From an uncultured Desulfovibrionaceae bacterium (GTDB taxonomy: Bacteria > Bacillota > Dethiobacteria > DTU022 > UBA8154), in NCBI GenBank assembly GCA_964567295.1, contig CAZMLU010000005.1, positions 1-60,775 of the forward strand: 60,775 nt of DNA, given 5' to 3'. A program made the translations under genes and the position numbers. Shown piece by piece: positions 1 to 10,785 of this stretch. The notes below the pieces were generated by a model. That model was given only the letters and a program-made list of their open reading frames with translations, searched no databases and had not been told where the DNA came from. How positions within the stretch are numbered: position 1 is the stretch's first letter; the number at the start of each line of letters is the position of its first letter.

Positions 1-586
1 GTAATGTCTACGTCAAAAGCCGCAGAGCCAGGGAGCGAGTCATGGTAAGCATAAGACGGTTCATTGAAGACCGACTGAAGCTGAAGGTAAACGAACAGAA
101 AAGCGCAGTGGACAGCCCTATGAAGTGGAAGTTTCTCGGATACAGCTTCTACAATACCCGTGTGGACAATACAGGCTTAGAGTTCATGCCAAGAGCTTTA
201 AACGGCTCAAGGATAAGATTCGGGACATTACTAACCGGAACGCCAGCATGAACTTCGAGACTAGGGTAAGAAGGCTCACTGAGGTTACCCGTGGATGGGT
301 TAATTACTTCATACTGGCAGACATGAAGAACCACCTCAAACAGTTGGATGAATGGGTACGCAGAAGACTTAGGGCATGTATCTGGAAGACGTGGAAACGT
401 ATCCGAACCAGATATGCAAACCTAAAGAAGCTAGGCATCCCGGAAGGTAAAACATGGGAATTTGCAAACACAAGAAAAGGCTACTGGAGGATCTCCAATA
501 GCCCAATTGTGAATCGTGCCATAACTAACGCCCATCTGGAAAAACGTGGGTATACTAGCATGTCAAATTTGTTTTCTAGAGCTTGA
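1..586 (+). pseudogene. ltrA: Group II intron reverse transcriptase/maturase, C-terminal part, frameshifted near 160
   Basis: The frame from position 3 reads NVYVKSRRARERVM...KLKVNEQKS...KFLGYSF (end of RT). The maturase/X domain (GWVNYF...LDEWVRRRLR...W) is in a different frame (ORF 125-586). Removing one GT from CGTGTGG (159-165) joins them. Confidence 0.8.
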
Positions 587-596
587 TTGTCATAAC

Positions 597-674
597 GAAC
601 CGCCGGATACCGAACGTTACGTACGGTGGTGTGAGAGGACGGTCACTCAAATAATGGGTGACCTCCTACTCGAT
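597..674 (+). ncRNA. Group II intron ribozyme domains V and VI
   Basis: CGC catalytic triad in ACCGCC, GAAC loop, DVI hairpin with branch-point A, terminal AT. Confidence 0.88.
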
Positions 675-687
675 CAGATATAATTAA

Positions 688-716
688 TTGACACTTATGA
701 AGGATCGTGGGATAAT
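688..716 (+). promoter_or_regulatory. Candidate sigma-A promoter for the 776 gene
   Basis: TTGACA (688-693), 17 bp, GATAAT (711-716). Confidence 0.45.
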
Positions 717-775
717 ATTTGCGCCGCTTATTAGAGGTGGCAGCGAAAAGCATACCTCCAAAAAGGAGCTAAACC

Positions 776-1000
776 TTGGATCTTTTTATTACCCTTCTTA
801 TTGTATTGTTGCTAATATTTTGGCCTCGCCTGGGGAAAATGCGTTACTATATACTTCTTTTTGTGGGGGTTGCATTTCTTTTTTTTGCCCTCATATTTGC
901 TCCTCTAATACTTCTTACTCCTGTTTTTTATGCGGGGGCTATAATAATTATCTTGTTAATTCTATACAGGGAGATTGTCAATAAAAGGAAAAATGATTGA
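776..1000 (+). CDS. Small hydrophobic membrane protein (74 aa)
   Basis: AAGGAG SD before a TTG start; hydrophobic segments and a basic C-terminus (NKRKND). Confidence 0.65.
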   Translation: MDLFITLLIVLLLIFWPRLGKMRYYILLFVGVAFLFFALIFAPLILLTPVFYAGAIIIILLILYREIVNKRKND

Positions 1001-1069
1001 GAAAGAATCGATCTAGATTGCCATTAACCCAGCTCTTGAAAAGTACCTTTTTTCTCAACAGATATTAGG

Positions 1070-2065
1070 TCACTGAATATTTCTGCTGCTTCCAGATAAA
1101 GAAGTATTAAGGGGAATATCCCTGCCAATTTTTATGGGGATTATATCGTTCAGACGATATAGGTTGGCTTTTTCCAGCCGCCACTGTTCATTAAAAACCA
1201 TGGTTAGTTTATAGACAAAATCAGATTTGTTGCCAAAACGCAGATCCATTAGTTTGACAAATATTTTGCCTTTTTCTTCCCACTGTGCGATGTGGTAAAA
1301 GGAAGTAAATTGCAGGAAAAAACGCCCAGGGACAGTTTGAAGAGCTTTATAGGCCAAGGGAGTCAAGGTTGTTTTATCTAAAAAAAGGATGCTATTTATT
1401 TGCTGTCCGAAGTAATGCATAGTACCCCGGGTTACTTTCATGGGGCTATCGATTAGAAAGTCCCAACTTGCTATTCCTCTTAACGCGGGCATTATTGCCA
1501 GTTTTTCATTGTGCGGCCTTAGCCTATAATGTTTTTTTAAAAAATGTTCTACCTGGAGGCGCATTTTCCAGCGTATTAAAAGATAGATCGCAACTAAGAT
1601 AATAGACAGGACAGCTGCCAGCTGCGGGTTTTGGTAAATGAAAAATATTGGTATAAAAAGCATTAATAATAAAGGGTCCATAAACATAAGCAAGTTGCCT
1701 GCGCGCCTTTTGCTCGATAACGGCCACCAAAGCGCTGCGCCATACGAATTAAAAAAGTCAAGAGTAATGTGAGAAAGTGCTCCTATTACTGCCCAAAGGA
1801 AATAAAGCCAAAAGTATCCGCCAAAATCAATATAAATTATTCCTGCCACAGCGGCGGAGATTAGTAGAAGGCCAACCAGTGAATGAGAAATGCCCCTGTG
1901 ATGACGTATAAACGAAAACTCCCCTCTAAGCATGGTAACAATATCAAAATCAGGTGCCACTGCACCGAAAACTGCTGCACAATATATTGGATTATAAGGG
2001 GAGATGGTTTGTCCTGAAAGTGCTCCAACCCCAACCCCTACTATTGCATGTGTAAAAGGATCCAT
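1070..2065 (-). CDS. Membrane-bound metal-dependent hydrolase (YdjM/YfhP-like)
   Basis: Motifs MDPFTH, APDFD, HHRGISHS, SHITLD; several TM segments. Confidence 0.85.
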   Translation of the reverse strand: MDPFTHAIVGVGVGALSGQTISPYNPIYCAAVFGAVAPDFDIVTMLRGEFSFIRHHRGISHSLVGLLLISAAVAGIIYIDFGGYFWLYFLWAVIGALSHITLDFFNSYGAALWWPLSSKRRAGNLLMFMDPLLLMLFIPIFFIYQNPQLAAVLSIILVAIYLLIRWKMRLQVEHFLKKHYRLRPHNEKLAIMPALRGIASWDFLIDSPMKVTRGTMHYFGQQINSILFLDKTTLTPLAYKALQTVPGRFFLQFTSFYHIAQWEEKGKIFVKLMDLRFGNKSDFVYKLTMVFNEQWRLEKANLYRLNDIIPIKIGRDIPLNTSLSGSSRNIQ

Positions 2066-2286
2066 TCCCTTTTCCTCCAGTATGATATGATCAGAACAAC
2101 ATATTTTAATGATGTCTACTTTCTGATTATAGCATAAACAAATTTAGAAAATCAGGGGTAAAATTTAAAGAAGTTGCAAATAATAGAATACTCCAGATGA
2201 CGGCAAACTACAATTATCTTTTAAAAGTATAGAAAATATGATATACAATATATGGAGAATGAAAGATGCACTGGAGATGAGCACCT

Positions 2287-4182
2287 ATGCCCAAGGACAA
2301 TGGTTGGTTAGATAAGGTGAAAAAGCAATATCCCGGAAAAATAGCTGTAGAAGAAGAAATTTTTGCTAACATTCGCGCTGGGGACAGGATTTTTATTGGA
2401 ACAGGTTGCGGAGAACCACAATACCTGGTCGAGGCCCTTGTCGGGTACGTGGAGTCCAATCCCAAAGCTTTTTTCGATGCCGAGATACTCCACGTGTTTA
2501 CCCTGGGTGTGGCCCCCTATACTGATGAAAAATTTCGCCGCAATTTCCGACATAATTCATTTTTTATCGGAGATAACACTCGAGAGGCTGTAAATAAGGG
2601 TATGGCGGACTATACACCTATTTTCCTTTCTGATGTCCCTACTCTTTTCTCCCGCCGCTTTGTTCCGCTGGATGTTGTCCTTGTGCAAGCTGCTCCTCCG
2701 GATGCACACGGTTATCTCAGTTTGGGAATAAGCGTGGATATTGTTAAAGCAGCAGTGAACAGCGCTAATACAGTGATCGTCCAGATAAATTCCTACATGC
2801 CAAGGGTTCACGGAGATTCCTTTATTCATCTTCAGGAAGTAGATTTTATTATACCGAAAGATGAACCTTTGCTGCAGTATCAAGGAGAAGTTGCAGGTGA
2901 AATTGCCCAAAAAATTGGAGAATATGTTTCCCGTATTGTTGAAGATGGTGACACTATTCAGGTGGGTTATGGTGCCATTCCCAGCGGCGTGATAGGAAAC
3001 CTGTACGGCAAAAAGCACCTTGGAGTTCACACAGAACTGCTCAGTGATAGTATCGTCAAGCTAATTGAAAATGGTATTGTTGATAATAGTAAAAAAAATC
3101 TATTACGAGGAAAAACAGTAGCGGCTTTCTGTATGGGCAGCAGAGATACTTATGCTTTTTTAGATGATAATCCAGCCATTGAATTTAGGACAGTTGACTT
3201 TACCAATAATCCACTGGTTATCGCTCGCAATAAAAATATGGTGGCTATCAATACTGCTCTTGAGATAGATTTGACAGGGCAGACTACCGCTGAATCCAGG
3301 GGACAAAAATTCTATAGTGGTATCGGCGGGCAGGCGGATTTTATGAGAGGCGCCGTTCTTTCCGAAGGAGGGAAAACAATACTTGCTCTTCAATCGACTG
3401 CCCGGGAGGGTTCTATTTCTCGTATAGTTCCTTTCCTCCAGGAGGGAGCAGGGGTTACATTGACCCGCGGCGATCTCCACTACGTGATTACAGAGCATGG
3501 CATTGCCTATTTACATGGCAAGAATATCAGGGAGAGAGCTATGTCTCTCATAGCGATCGCTCATCCAGATTTTAGGCCCTGGCTTATTGAGGAAGCAAAA
3601 AGATTTTCTTTAATTTATAAAGATCAGGCTTATATTCCCGGTAAAAAAGGTGAATATCCCGAAGAACTGGAGACATACAGAACTACAAATAGCGGTATTG
3701 AAATGCTTCTGCGCCCGGTAAAGATAAGTGATGAACCCTTGTTAAAAGATTTTTTTTATTCCCTTTCGGATACGAGCATGTACAAGAGGTTCTTGACAAA
3801 GCGTAGAGATATGCCTCACCACATGTTGCAGGATATGTTCGTAGTAATAGATTATACGCGTGAGATGGTAATTCTGGCCATAAAAGTAATGGAAGAAATT
3901 GAGACTATTATAGGAATTGGGCAGTACGGAATCGACGAAAATAATCATACAGCAGAGGTAGCTCTTGTTGTGGGGGATGAATACCAAAATATGGGCGTTG
4001 GGACGGAACTGCTTTCGTATCTTATTAATTTAGCAAAAAAACAAGGACTTCTAAGTTTTACCGGTGAAGTGCTCCCTGAAAACAAGGCCATCATTCATTT
4101 AATGGAAAAGTTTGGCTTTGAGATAGAGAAGCGTTTTTCGGCAGGGGTGTATATTCTTAAAGTGAATTTGAGAGAAAAGTAA
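2287..4182 (+). CDS. Acetyl-CoA hydrolase/CoA-transferase family protein with C-terminal GNAT domain
   Basis: FIGTGCGEP, GVHTE (catalytic Glu), SGIGGQADF; C-terminal LLRPVKISDE...EVALVVGDEYQNMGVGTELL GNAT motif. Confidence 0.88.
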   Translation: MPKDNGWLDKVKKQYPGKIAVEEEIFANIRAGDRIFIGTGCGEPQYLVEALVGYVESNPKAFFDAEILHVFTLGVAPYTDEKFRRNFRHNSFFIGDNTREAVNKGMADYTPIFLSDVPTLFSRRFVPLDVVLVQAAPPDAHGYLSLGISVDIVKAAVNSANTVIVQINSYMPRVHGDSFIHLQEVDFIIPKDEPLLQYQGEVAGEIAQKIGEYVSRIVEDGDTIQVGYGAIPSGVIGNLYGKKHLGVHTELLSDSIVKLIENGIVDNSKKNLLRGKTVAAFCMGSRDTYAFLDDNPAIEFRTVDFTNNPLVIARNKNMVAINTALEIDLTGQTTAESRGQKFYSGIGGQADFMRGAVLSEGGKTILALQSTAREGSISRIVPFLQEGAGVTLTRGDLHYVITEHGIAYLHGKNIRERAMSLIAIAHPDFRPWLIEEAKRFSLIYKDQAYIPGKKGEYPEELETYRTTNSGIEMLLRPVKISDEPLLKDFFYSLSDTSMYKRFLTKRRDMPHHMLQDMFVVIDYTREMVILAIKVMEEIETIIGIGQYGIDENNHTAEVALVVGDEYQNMGVGTELLSYLINLAKKQGLLSFTGEVLPENKAIIHLMEKFGFEIEKRFSAGVYILKVNLREK

Positions 4183-4289
4183 TAAGCTTTACTACTTGAG
4201 GGAGAAGAGATTGAAACACTAAAAGGTCATCTGGAGCTGACAGAATCGGTGGAGCCGGACTGGAGTCTTATTGACTAATTTCGACCCTA

Positions 4290-4925
4290 TCATGTCAGCT
4301 TTGCAGCCATCTCCCATATTATTAATCCTGGCAGAAGAGCATAATCTTCAGTGGGCAGGTAGTGCTCTGCCGATGCATCATAAAGTATAGTAGCCGAAGG
4401 AGAGAGCTCCTCATCTCCTTCCCATAAGGCAAAAGCAACGGGAACTCGTGGAAAAGGTCGCATAATTACACTTGAATCACCCATGGAGCTGGGGGCGCCA
4501 CCCAGGCTTGCGGCTATATTCTGTAGTTGTTCTGGCTTATGACCGAAGTATTTTAGAAGAGGGTTAATAGCCCTGTTTTGGTACGGTTCAGCATATATTA
4601 AACCTCCCGGAAGCTCCTTGAAAGTAATCCATCTGTTTTGGAGTGGAGTTCCATCAGCATGAGTCAGGTAATGTATAAACATGATTTGCAGATGAATAGA
4701 GATTTCCTTATCTTCCCCTAAGGGCTTTACTTCACCGGTGCTGTGGTTAACAAAGTATTTCCTGTTCAAATAGGGAAGGAGATAACTGTTCATTTCCCTA
4801 TTATAAGTAGTGCCGCTGTTGAGACTGACCAGGCGTGGGTCAGCCTGTGAAAGATCCGAAATTGCTTTTTCCAGTGTTACACCCAGGTTGAACTTTTCTC
4901 TTTGTTTTTTTTCTTTGTCAGGCAC
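4290..4925 (-). CDS. DUF3786 domain protein
   Basis: WITFKELPGG, PFPRVP, LWEGDEE-PSATILYD pattern recalled for DUF3786. Confidence 0.75.
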   Translation of the reverse strand: MPDKEKKQREKFNLGVTLEKAISDLSQADPRLVSLNSGTTYNREMNSYLLPYLNRKYFVNHSTGEVKPLGEDKEISIHLQIMFIHYLTHADGTPLQNRWITFKELPGGLIYAEPYQNRAINPLLKYFGHKPEQLQNIAASLGGAPSSMGDSSVIMRPFPRVPVAFALWEGDEELSPSATILYDASAEHYLPTEDYALLPGLIIWEMAAKLT

Positions 4926-4990
4926 GCTTCCACTTCCTTTCCCCCAAAGATTTCTTTTTGTTTATCTCTTGCTTTATTAATAATACTTGT

Positions 4991-5722
4991 TTATTCTTTT
5001 GCCATTTGGGTGTTATTTCGAATATTGTCCAGAATCTCCTGCGGAGTGTTTCCAGGATACAGATCTATCATCTTCTTGTGTTTAAAATGAGCATAAAGAC
5101 ATTCTCGAAACATTTGTAGACGGTACGTAAAACCCTTGATAAAGCCCAGCTTTTCTTCTTTAGTTACATGAGTTATTCCATTCAGTTCAGGATAATGGAC
5201 AGGTCTTTGAGTCAGCTTTGCAAACCTTGTTAACAAGACTTCCACACCGAAACGGGACCATTTGAGTTCAGGAAGTATCTCCACAAAGTCTCTTCGTAGT
5301 CCCCGTTGACCGTTAAGAACGGAAAAATATTTCTGGGCCAAATTTACACTGTTTTTATTACCTGCTTTAAAAACCCCGATAGTCATGGACGGAGGATTTT
5401 TTTCTTTCAGCGGGGACAGGAGAGTTTTGATGTGCTCATGGTTGAGATGGAGCAGATCGGCATCCAGAAAAATGTAATAAGATGCATAGTACACTTCTTC
5501 CAGGGCTACCTGTAGGGCTGCACCTTTCCCCATGTTTTGGGAAAGCCGAATGAGCTTTACCGGAAAAGCCGCTGCTGTTTCCGCAGTTCCATCAGTAGAT
5601 CCATCATCGACAACAATAGTTTCGTTGATGAGCGGACAGGATAGCACTGTTTCTAAAACTTTTGAAATGCGAGGCGCTTCATTATAAGCAGGGATTATGG
5701 CAACTGTTTCAAGAAGACTCAA
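4991..5722 (-). CDS. Glycosyltransferase family 2
   Basis: IIPAYNE, VVDDGSTD, NMGKGAA, FLDADL. Start placed at TTG 5722 after AAGAGGT (ORF track starts at 5770). Confidence 0.88.
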   Translation of the reverse strand: MSLLETVAIIPAYNEAPRISKVLETVLSCPLINETIVVDDGSTDGTAETAAAFPVKLIRLSQNMGKGAALQVALEEVYYASYYIFLDADLLHLNHEHIKTLLSPLKEKNPPSMTIGVFKAGNKNSVNLAQKYFSVLNGQRGLRRDFVEILPELKWSRFGVEVLLTRFAKLTQRPVHYPELNGITHVTKEEKLGFIKGFTYRLQMFRECLYAHFKHKKMIDLYPGNTPQEILDNIRNNTQMAKE

Positions 5723-5901
5723 AAGTAAACCTCTTTCTAATATATATTTTGCATTTTTCTTCTTCGACAAGTATAGGTTGATTTCCTTTTATAGGCAAAA
5801 AAATAACAGGGAAAGAGCTTGAAAAACTCCTCCCCGCTTTATGAAGGAAACCGCTCCGGCATGAATCTTATATCAGCTTAGTTGTGAAATAACCAACGTT
5901 A

Positions 5902-6357
5902 TTATTCATCTTTAATGGTTATTTCTTTGGGTTTTGCTTCTTCTGCCTTGGGCAACTTAAGACTCAGTATTCCTTCTTTATAGGTAGCTTCTGCATCAGC
6001 AGAGCTAACCGGGCAAGGCAACGTGAACCCACGGCTAAATCTTCCTCTTGCCCTTTCTTTGACATAGTAGTTTTTCTCTTGCACATCTTCTTCTTCAAAC
6101 AATTTACCGCTTATCATGACTTTGTTTTCTGCTATATTGATCTTAATGTCATCTTTTTTTATGCCGGGTAATTCTGCGGTGACTATGAATTCGTTCTCAT
6201 TTTCTTCCAGATCCACCGCAGGCTGCCATCCCAGACTGTTGCCACGATTGTCATCAAATAACCGGAAAGGATTGCTCAAGAAACGATCCATCTCGTCTCT
6301 CAGTCCCATCAGATCATTTACCGGATTTCCCGTACGTCTCCTCATAATGTTTGTCAT
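5902..6357 (-). CDS. Small heat-shock protein Hsp20 (alpha-crystallin domain)
   Basis: PAVDL-E, AELPG, GRFSRGFTLP, ATYKEGILSLKLPK; GGAGGTG SD before ATG 6357. Confidence 0.95.
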   Translation of the reverse strand: MTNIMRRRTGNPVNDLMGLRDEMDRFLSNPFRLFDDNRGNSLGWQPAVDLEENENEFIVTAELPGIKKDDIKINIAENKVMISGKLFEEEDVQEKNYYVKERARGRFSRGFTLPCPVSSADAEATYKEGILSLKLPKAEEAKPKEITIKDE

Positions 6358-6453
6358 TATAAACACCTCCTGTCACATTATTCTTTGGTTATACTTTGTA
6401 TTGCTGAAATATAAGAGAAGTTTTGTTTATAGGGCAAAGTAGAGGGTTATCAA

Positions 6454-6819
6454 CTAGAGTTCATTGTTTGCCTGATAATCTTTTGACAATAATTCGGGAG
6501 CGATTTCCCTGACCTTTTCTTCGATCTCACTCGCTTCTTTCTGAGCATTTTGTTCTTTTAAATAACCCTGTTTTTGATTGAATAGTAACCCTATAATTAT
6601 TTTTATGCCGGGAAGGTTCACCTCCTTTTCCCTATGCAGGTAGCAGATGATCTCTAGCTTTTTCATATCTTTTTCTGAATACAACCGCGTCTTTCCTTCT
6701 GTCCTAAAAGGACTTATAAGATCCATTTCCTCGTACATTCTTAATATTCTTGGAGTTACCTTTAATAGTCTAGCGGCTACGCTTATGCTGTAGACAGGTT
6801 CCTTGTTTCTATCTATCAT
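6454..6819 (-). CDS. MerR-family transcriptional regulator, HspR-like
   Basis: EPVYSISVAARLL...LRMYEE...PFRTEGKTRLYS...VNLPGI. Start at ATG 6819 after GGGGGT. Confidence 0.85.
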   Translation of the reverse strand: MIDRNKEPVYSISVAARLLKVTPRILRMYEEMDLISPFRTEGKTRLYSEKDMKKLEIICYLHREKEVNLPGIKIIIGLLFNQKQGYLKEQNAQKEASEIEEKVREIAPELLSKDYQANNEL

Positions 6820-6844
6820 CGCTACCCCCGCCTTCCTGTCTGTA

Positions 6845-6873
6845 ATTATAAAATATAACATTATTTATGTCAA
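6845..6873 (-). promoter_or_regulatory. Sigma-A promoter of the hspR-like gene
   Basis: Perfect TTGACA-17 bp-TATAAT on the minus strand. Confidence 0.8.
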
Positions 6874-6952
6874 TAACATTACAAAAAAAAATATATTATG
6901 ATATTTTTATTGTAATAAAATCTTACATTATAAGTCAAGGTGGTTTTTGGAA

Positions 6953-7498
6953 TTATTTTTCCCTGGGCATGCAGATAAATTCTTTGAGCATTGTGTCAAA
7001 AAAGTAGTTGGAATGGGCAGGGACTATAACGCAGGCTGTGTCAGAGCCGCGTCCGCTTCCTGCTACACTGATTACTTCTTGACCGTAAGGTATCATTCCA
7101 GCATCCAGTGCCATACAGGCTATCTCCACGCAGACTTTTGTGCCTTGTCCAAAAATTCGCAGAGCAGCAGCAATTATTTCAGCGGGGTAAAGTCCCCCGA
7201 ATTTTACTCGTACTGCCCGATCTACTCCGGCCAGTAAATGAGTAGTGGTAAGAACTTGCACCCCTTCTTCCTGCAGCTTCTTTTTCATCTCCATGGTTAT
7301 TTCACTTTCACCCGGGTTCTTAAAACCAACGTGGTGTGTAACACAGATTACTTCCAATCCTTCACCAATGTACTTTTCAGCAGAAATCCCACTATTGGAG
7401 GCCACAACAATATGCTTGATTCCAAGCTCTTTCGCTTTTTCGAGTACCGCTTCCACAGTTTGTTCCGTATTATGTGATCCTTTTTTTCCCCAAAGCAT
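6953..7498 (-). CDS. Stand-alone pyruvate kinase C-terminal-like domain protein (MTH1675/DUF1867-like)
   Basis: HIVVASNSG, VTHHVGF, GTKVCVEIACMALDAG, AGSGRGSDTA. Confidence 0.75.
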   Translation of the reverse strand: MLWGKKGSHNTEQTVEAVLEKAKELGIKHIVVASNSGISAEKYIGEGLEVICVTHHVGFKNPGESEITMEMKKKLQEEGVQVLTTTHLLAGVDRAVRVKFGGLYPAEIIAAALRIFGQGTKVCVEIACMALDAGMIPYGQEVISVAGSGRGSDTACVIVPAHSNYFFDTMLKEFICMPREK

Positions 7499-7539
7499 TA
7501 CCCATACCTCCTTGATTAGAGCAAAAAAGCTCTTTTTAA

Positions 7540-9177
<1,638 letters not shown>

Positions 9178-9207
9178 GAGAGGATTATTCCTGGATTCTT
9201 ATAAGGG

Positions 9208-10734
9208 ATGGTGCTTCCCATAGGAAAAATATTATCTCAACGAGAAGCTCCTCTTTACAGGGTAGCTAAAAATTACTTACGAAAGAGATTGTTCCCTTTA
9301 CATGTTCCTTTGCATGGGCGAGGAGGCTCTTCTCTGCCTTCAAGGCAAAGGGATTTTTTTTACCATATGCAGTGGGATCTTACAGAACTCCCATCCCTGG
9401 ATGATCTGCATCTGCCCCAGGGGGCTATTGCGCGGGCCCAAAAGCTGACAGCTTCTATTTTCAATGCAAAAGAGAGTTTTTTCCTTGTCAACGGTGTAAC
9501 AGGAGGAATGCTTGCTCTTTTTCTGGGGATATGTCAGCCAGGAGAAAAGGTCTTGATTTCCCGTCTTTCACATAAATCTGCTTATAACGGTATTGCTTTG
9601 AGCGGGGCAAATCCTATCTATATTCCGGTGGAGCGTGAACCACTCTCGGGCTTTCCCCTGAATCTTTCCGCCGAGGTAGTAGAAAGGGCCATTAAAGAGC
9701 ATCCCGATGCCAAGCTTTTATTGGTAACTTCACCTTCTTATTGGGGTGTAACCTGTGATCTGGAAGAGATCAGTAGAATTACTAAAAAACACGGAGTGCT
9801 CATGGCTGTAGATGAAGCACATGGTACTTATTTTCCCTTTCTGGGGGACAAACTGCCACACTCTGCAAGGGCGGGGGCTGATCTGTGGCTGCATAGCGCT
9901 CATAAATCCCTGGGAGCTCTTACCCCGGGAGGTTTTTTACATCTGCGGGCAAAAGGCTTGGTCGATACAACAACTTTTTGGTTGCAGGCTGTTCAGACCA
10001 GCAGCCCTTCTTATCCGGTTATGATCTCCCTGGATCTGGCCAGGCATAGGGTTGCGTATGATGGGGAAAAGATTTTCGGCGATCTGTGGGAATGGTCTAT
10101 GTATCTTAGAGAAGCCTTATATCGGAAAGGATTATACCATCTTTCTGTTAAAACAGTTAATAAATGCGGTTTTAAACTTGACCCTGCCCGTTTGACTTTT
10201 TTTTCTCCGGGCGGTAAAGCCCGTTTTTTAGCGTCTGAATTGGCTCAAAAGTACGGCGTTCAGGTAGAAATGGCAGGAGACTCATACCTCCTGGCAGTGC
10301 TTGGCCCTGTAGTGCTTAATACTCCACATTCCTTTTTTCTGAATGCGTTTTCTAGAGTTTTAAACAAGGAAAATAGTTTTTCCGGTATGGCGAGGAATTT
10401 TTGTCGCACTGATTTTCCCCCCCCATTTTTTTCCAATGTATTTCACAAGTATAAGGATACCGGTCAAGCAAGCTTTTCCTTTGTTCCTCAGTTCCTGTCG
10501 CCCAAAGATGCATTACATGCTCCTTCTATGGAGGTTCCATTGGAAAAATCCAGGGGGGAAAAAAGTGCTGAGATGATAATCCTCTCACCTCCGGGTATTC
10601 CGCTTATATCTCCCGGGGAGAGGATTACATCAAAAATTCTTTCTCTTTTACAGCATAAGCGTGCAAAAGGCTGGCTGTTTCAAGGAGTGTCAGATCCCAA
10701 ATTACAAAAATTACGGGTTATCTGTGAAGAATAA
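9208..10734 (+). CDS. Orn/Lys/Arg decarboxylase family PLP enzyme (YaaO-like)
   Basis: FFLVNG-TGG, VDEAHG, HSAHKSL (PLP Lys), TSSPSY, PPGIP; position upstream of tmk. Confidence 0.85.
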   Translation: MVLPIGKILSQREAPLYRVAKNYLRKRLFPLHVPLHGRGGSSLPSRQRDFFYHMQWDLTELPSLDDLHLPQGAIARAQKLTASIFNAKESFFLVNGVTGGMLALFLGICQPGEKVLISRLSHKSAYNGIALSGANPIYIPVEREPLSGFPLNLSAEVVERAIKEHPDAKLLLVTSPSYWGVTCDLEEISRITKKHGVLMAVDEAHGTYFPFLGDKLPHSARAGADLWLHSAHKSLGALTPGGFLHLRAKGLVDTTTFWLQAVQTSSPSYPVMISLDLARHRVAYDGEKIFGDLWEWSMYLREALYRKGLYHLSVKTVNKCGFKLDPARLTFFSPGGKARFLASELAQKYGVQVEMAGDSYLLAVLGPVVLNTPHSFFLNAFSRVLNKENSFSGMARNFCRTDFPPPFFSNVFHKYKDTGQASFSFVPQFLSPKDALHAPSMEVPLEKSRGEKSAEMIILSPPGIPLISPGERITSKILSLLQHKRAKGWLFQGVSDPKLQKLRVICEE

Positions 10735-10785
10735 TATGTTAAAATAATATGTAAACAAAAAACAGTCCTGGGTGGCGGTGAAAAG

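Larger units (their letters stand above)
1..674 (+). mobile_element. 3' part of a group II intron (bacterial class C-like), truncated by the window edge
   Basis: RT/maturase C-terminal coding sequence, then domain V (GAACCGCCGGATACCGAACGTTACGTACGGTGGTGT, from 597) and domain VI (GGTCACTCA/TGGGTGACC stem, bulged A in CCTACTC), ending CTACTCGAT at 674. Confidence 0.92.

Noticed and set aside
688-984. 98-aa ORF overlapping the 776-1000 gene
   Set aside because: No SD, Cys/Ser-rich shadow-frame composition; the 776 frame has an SD and membrane-protein character.
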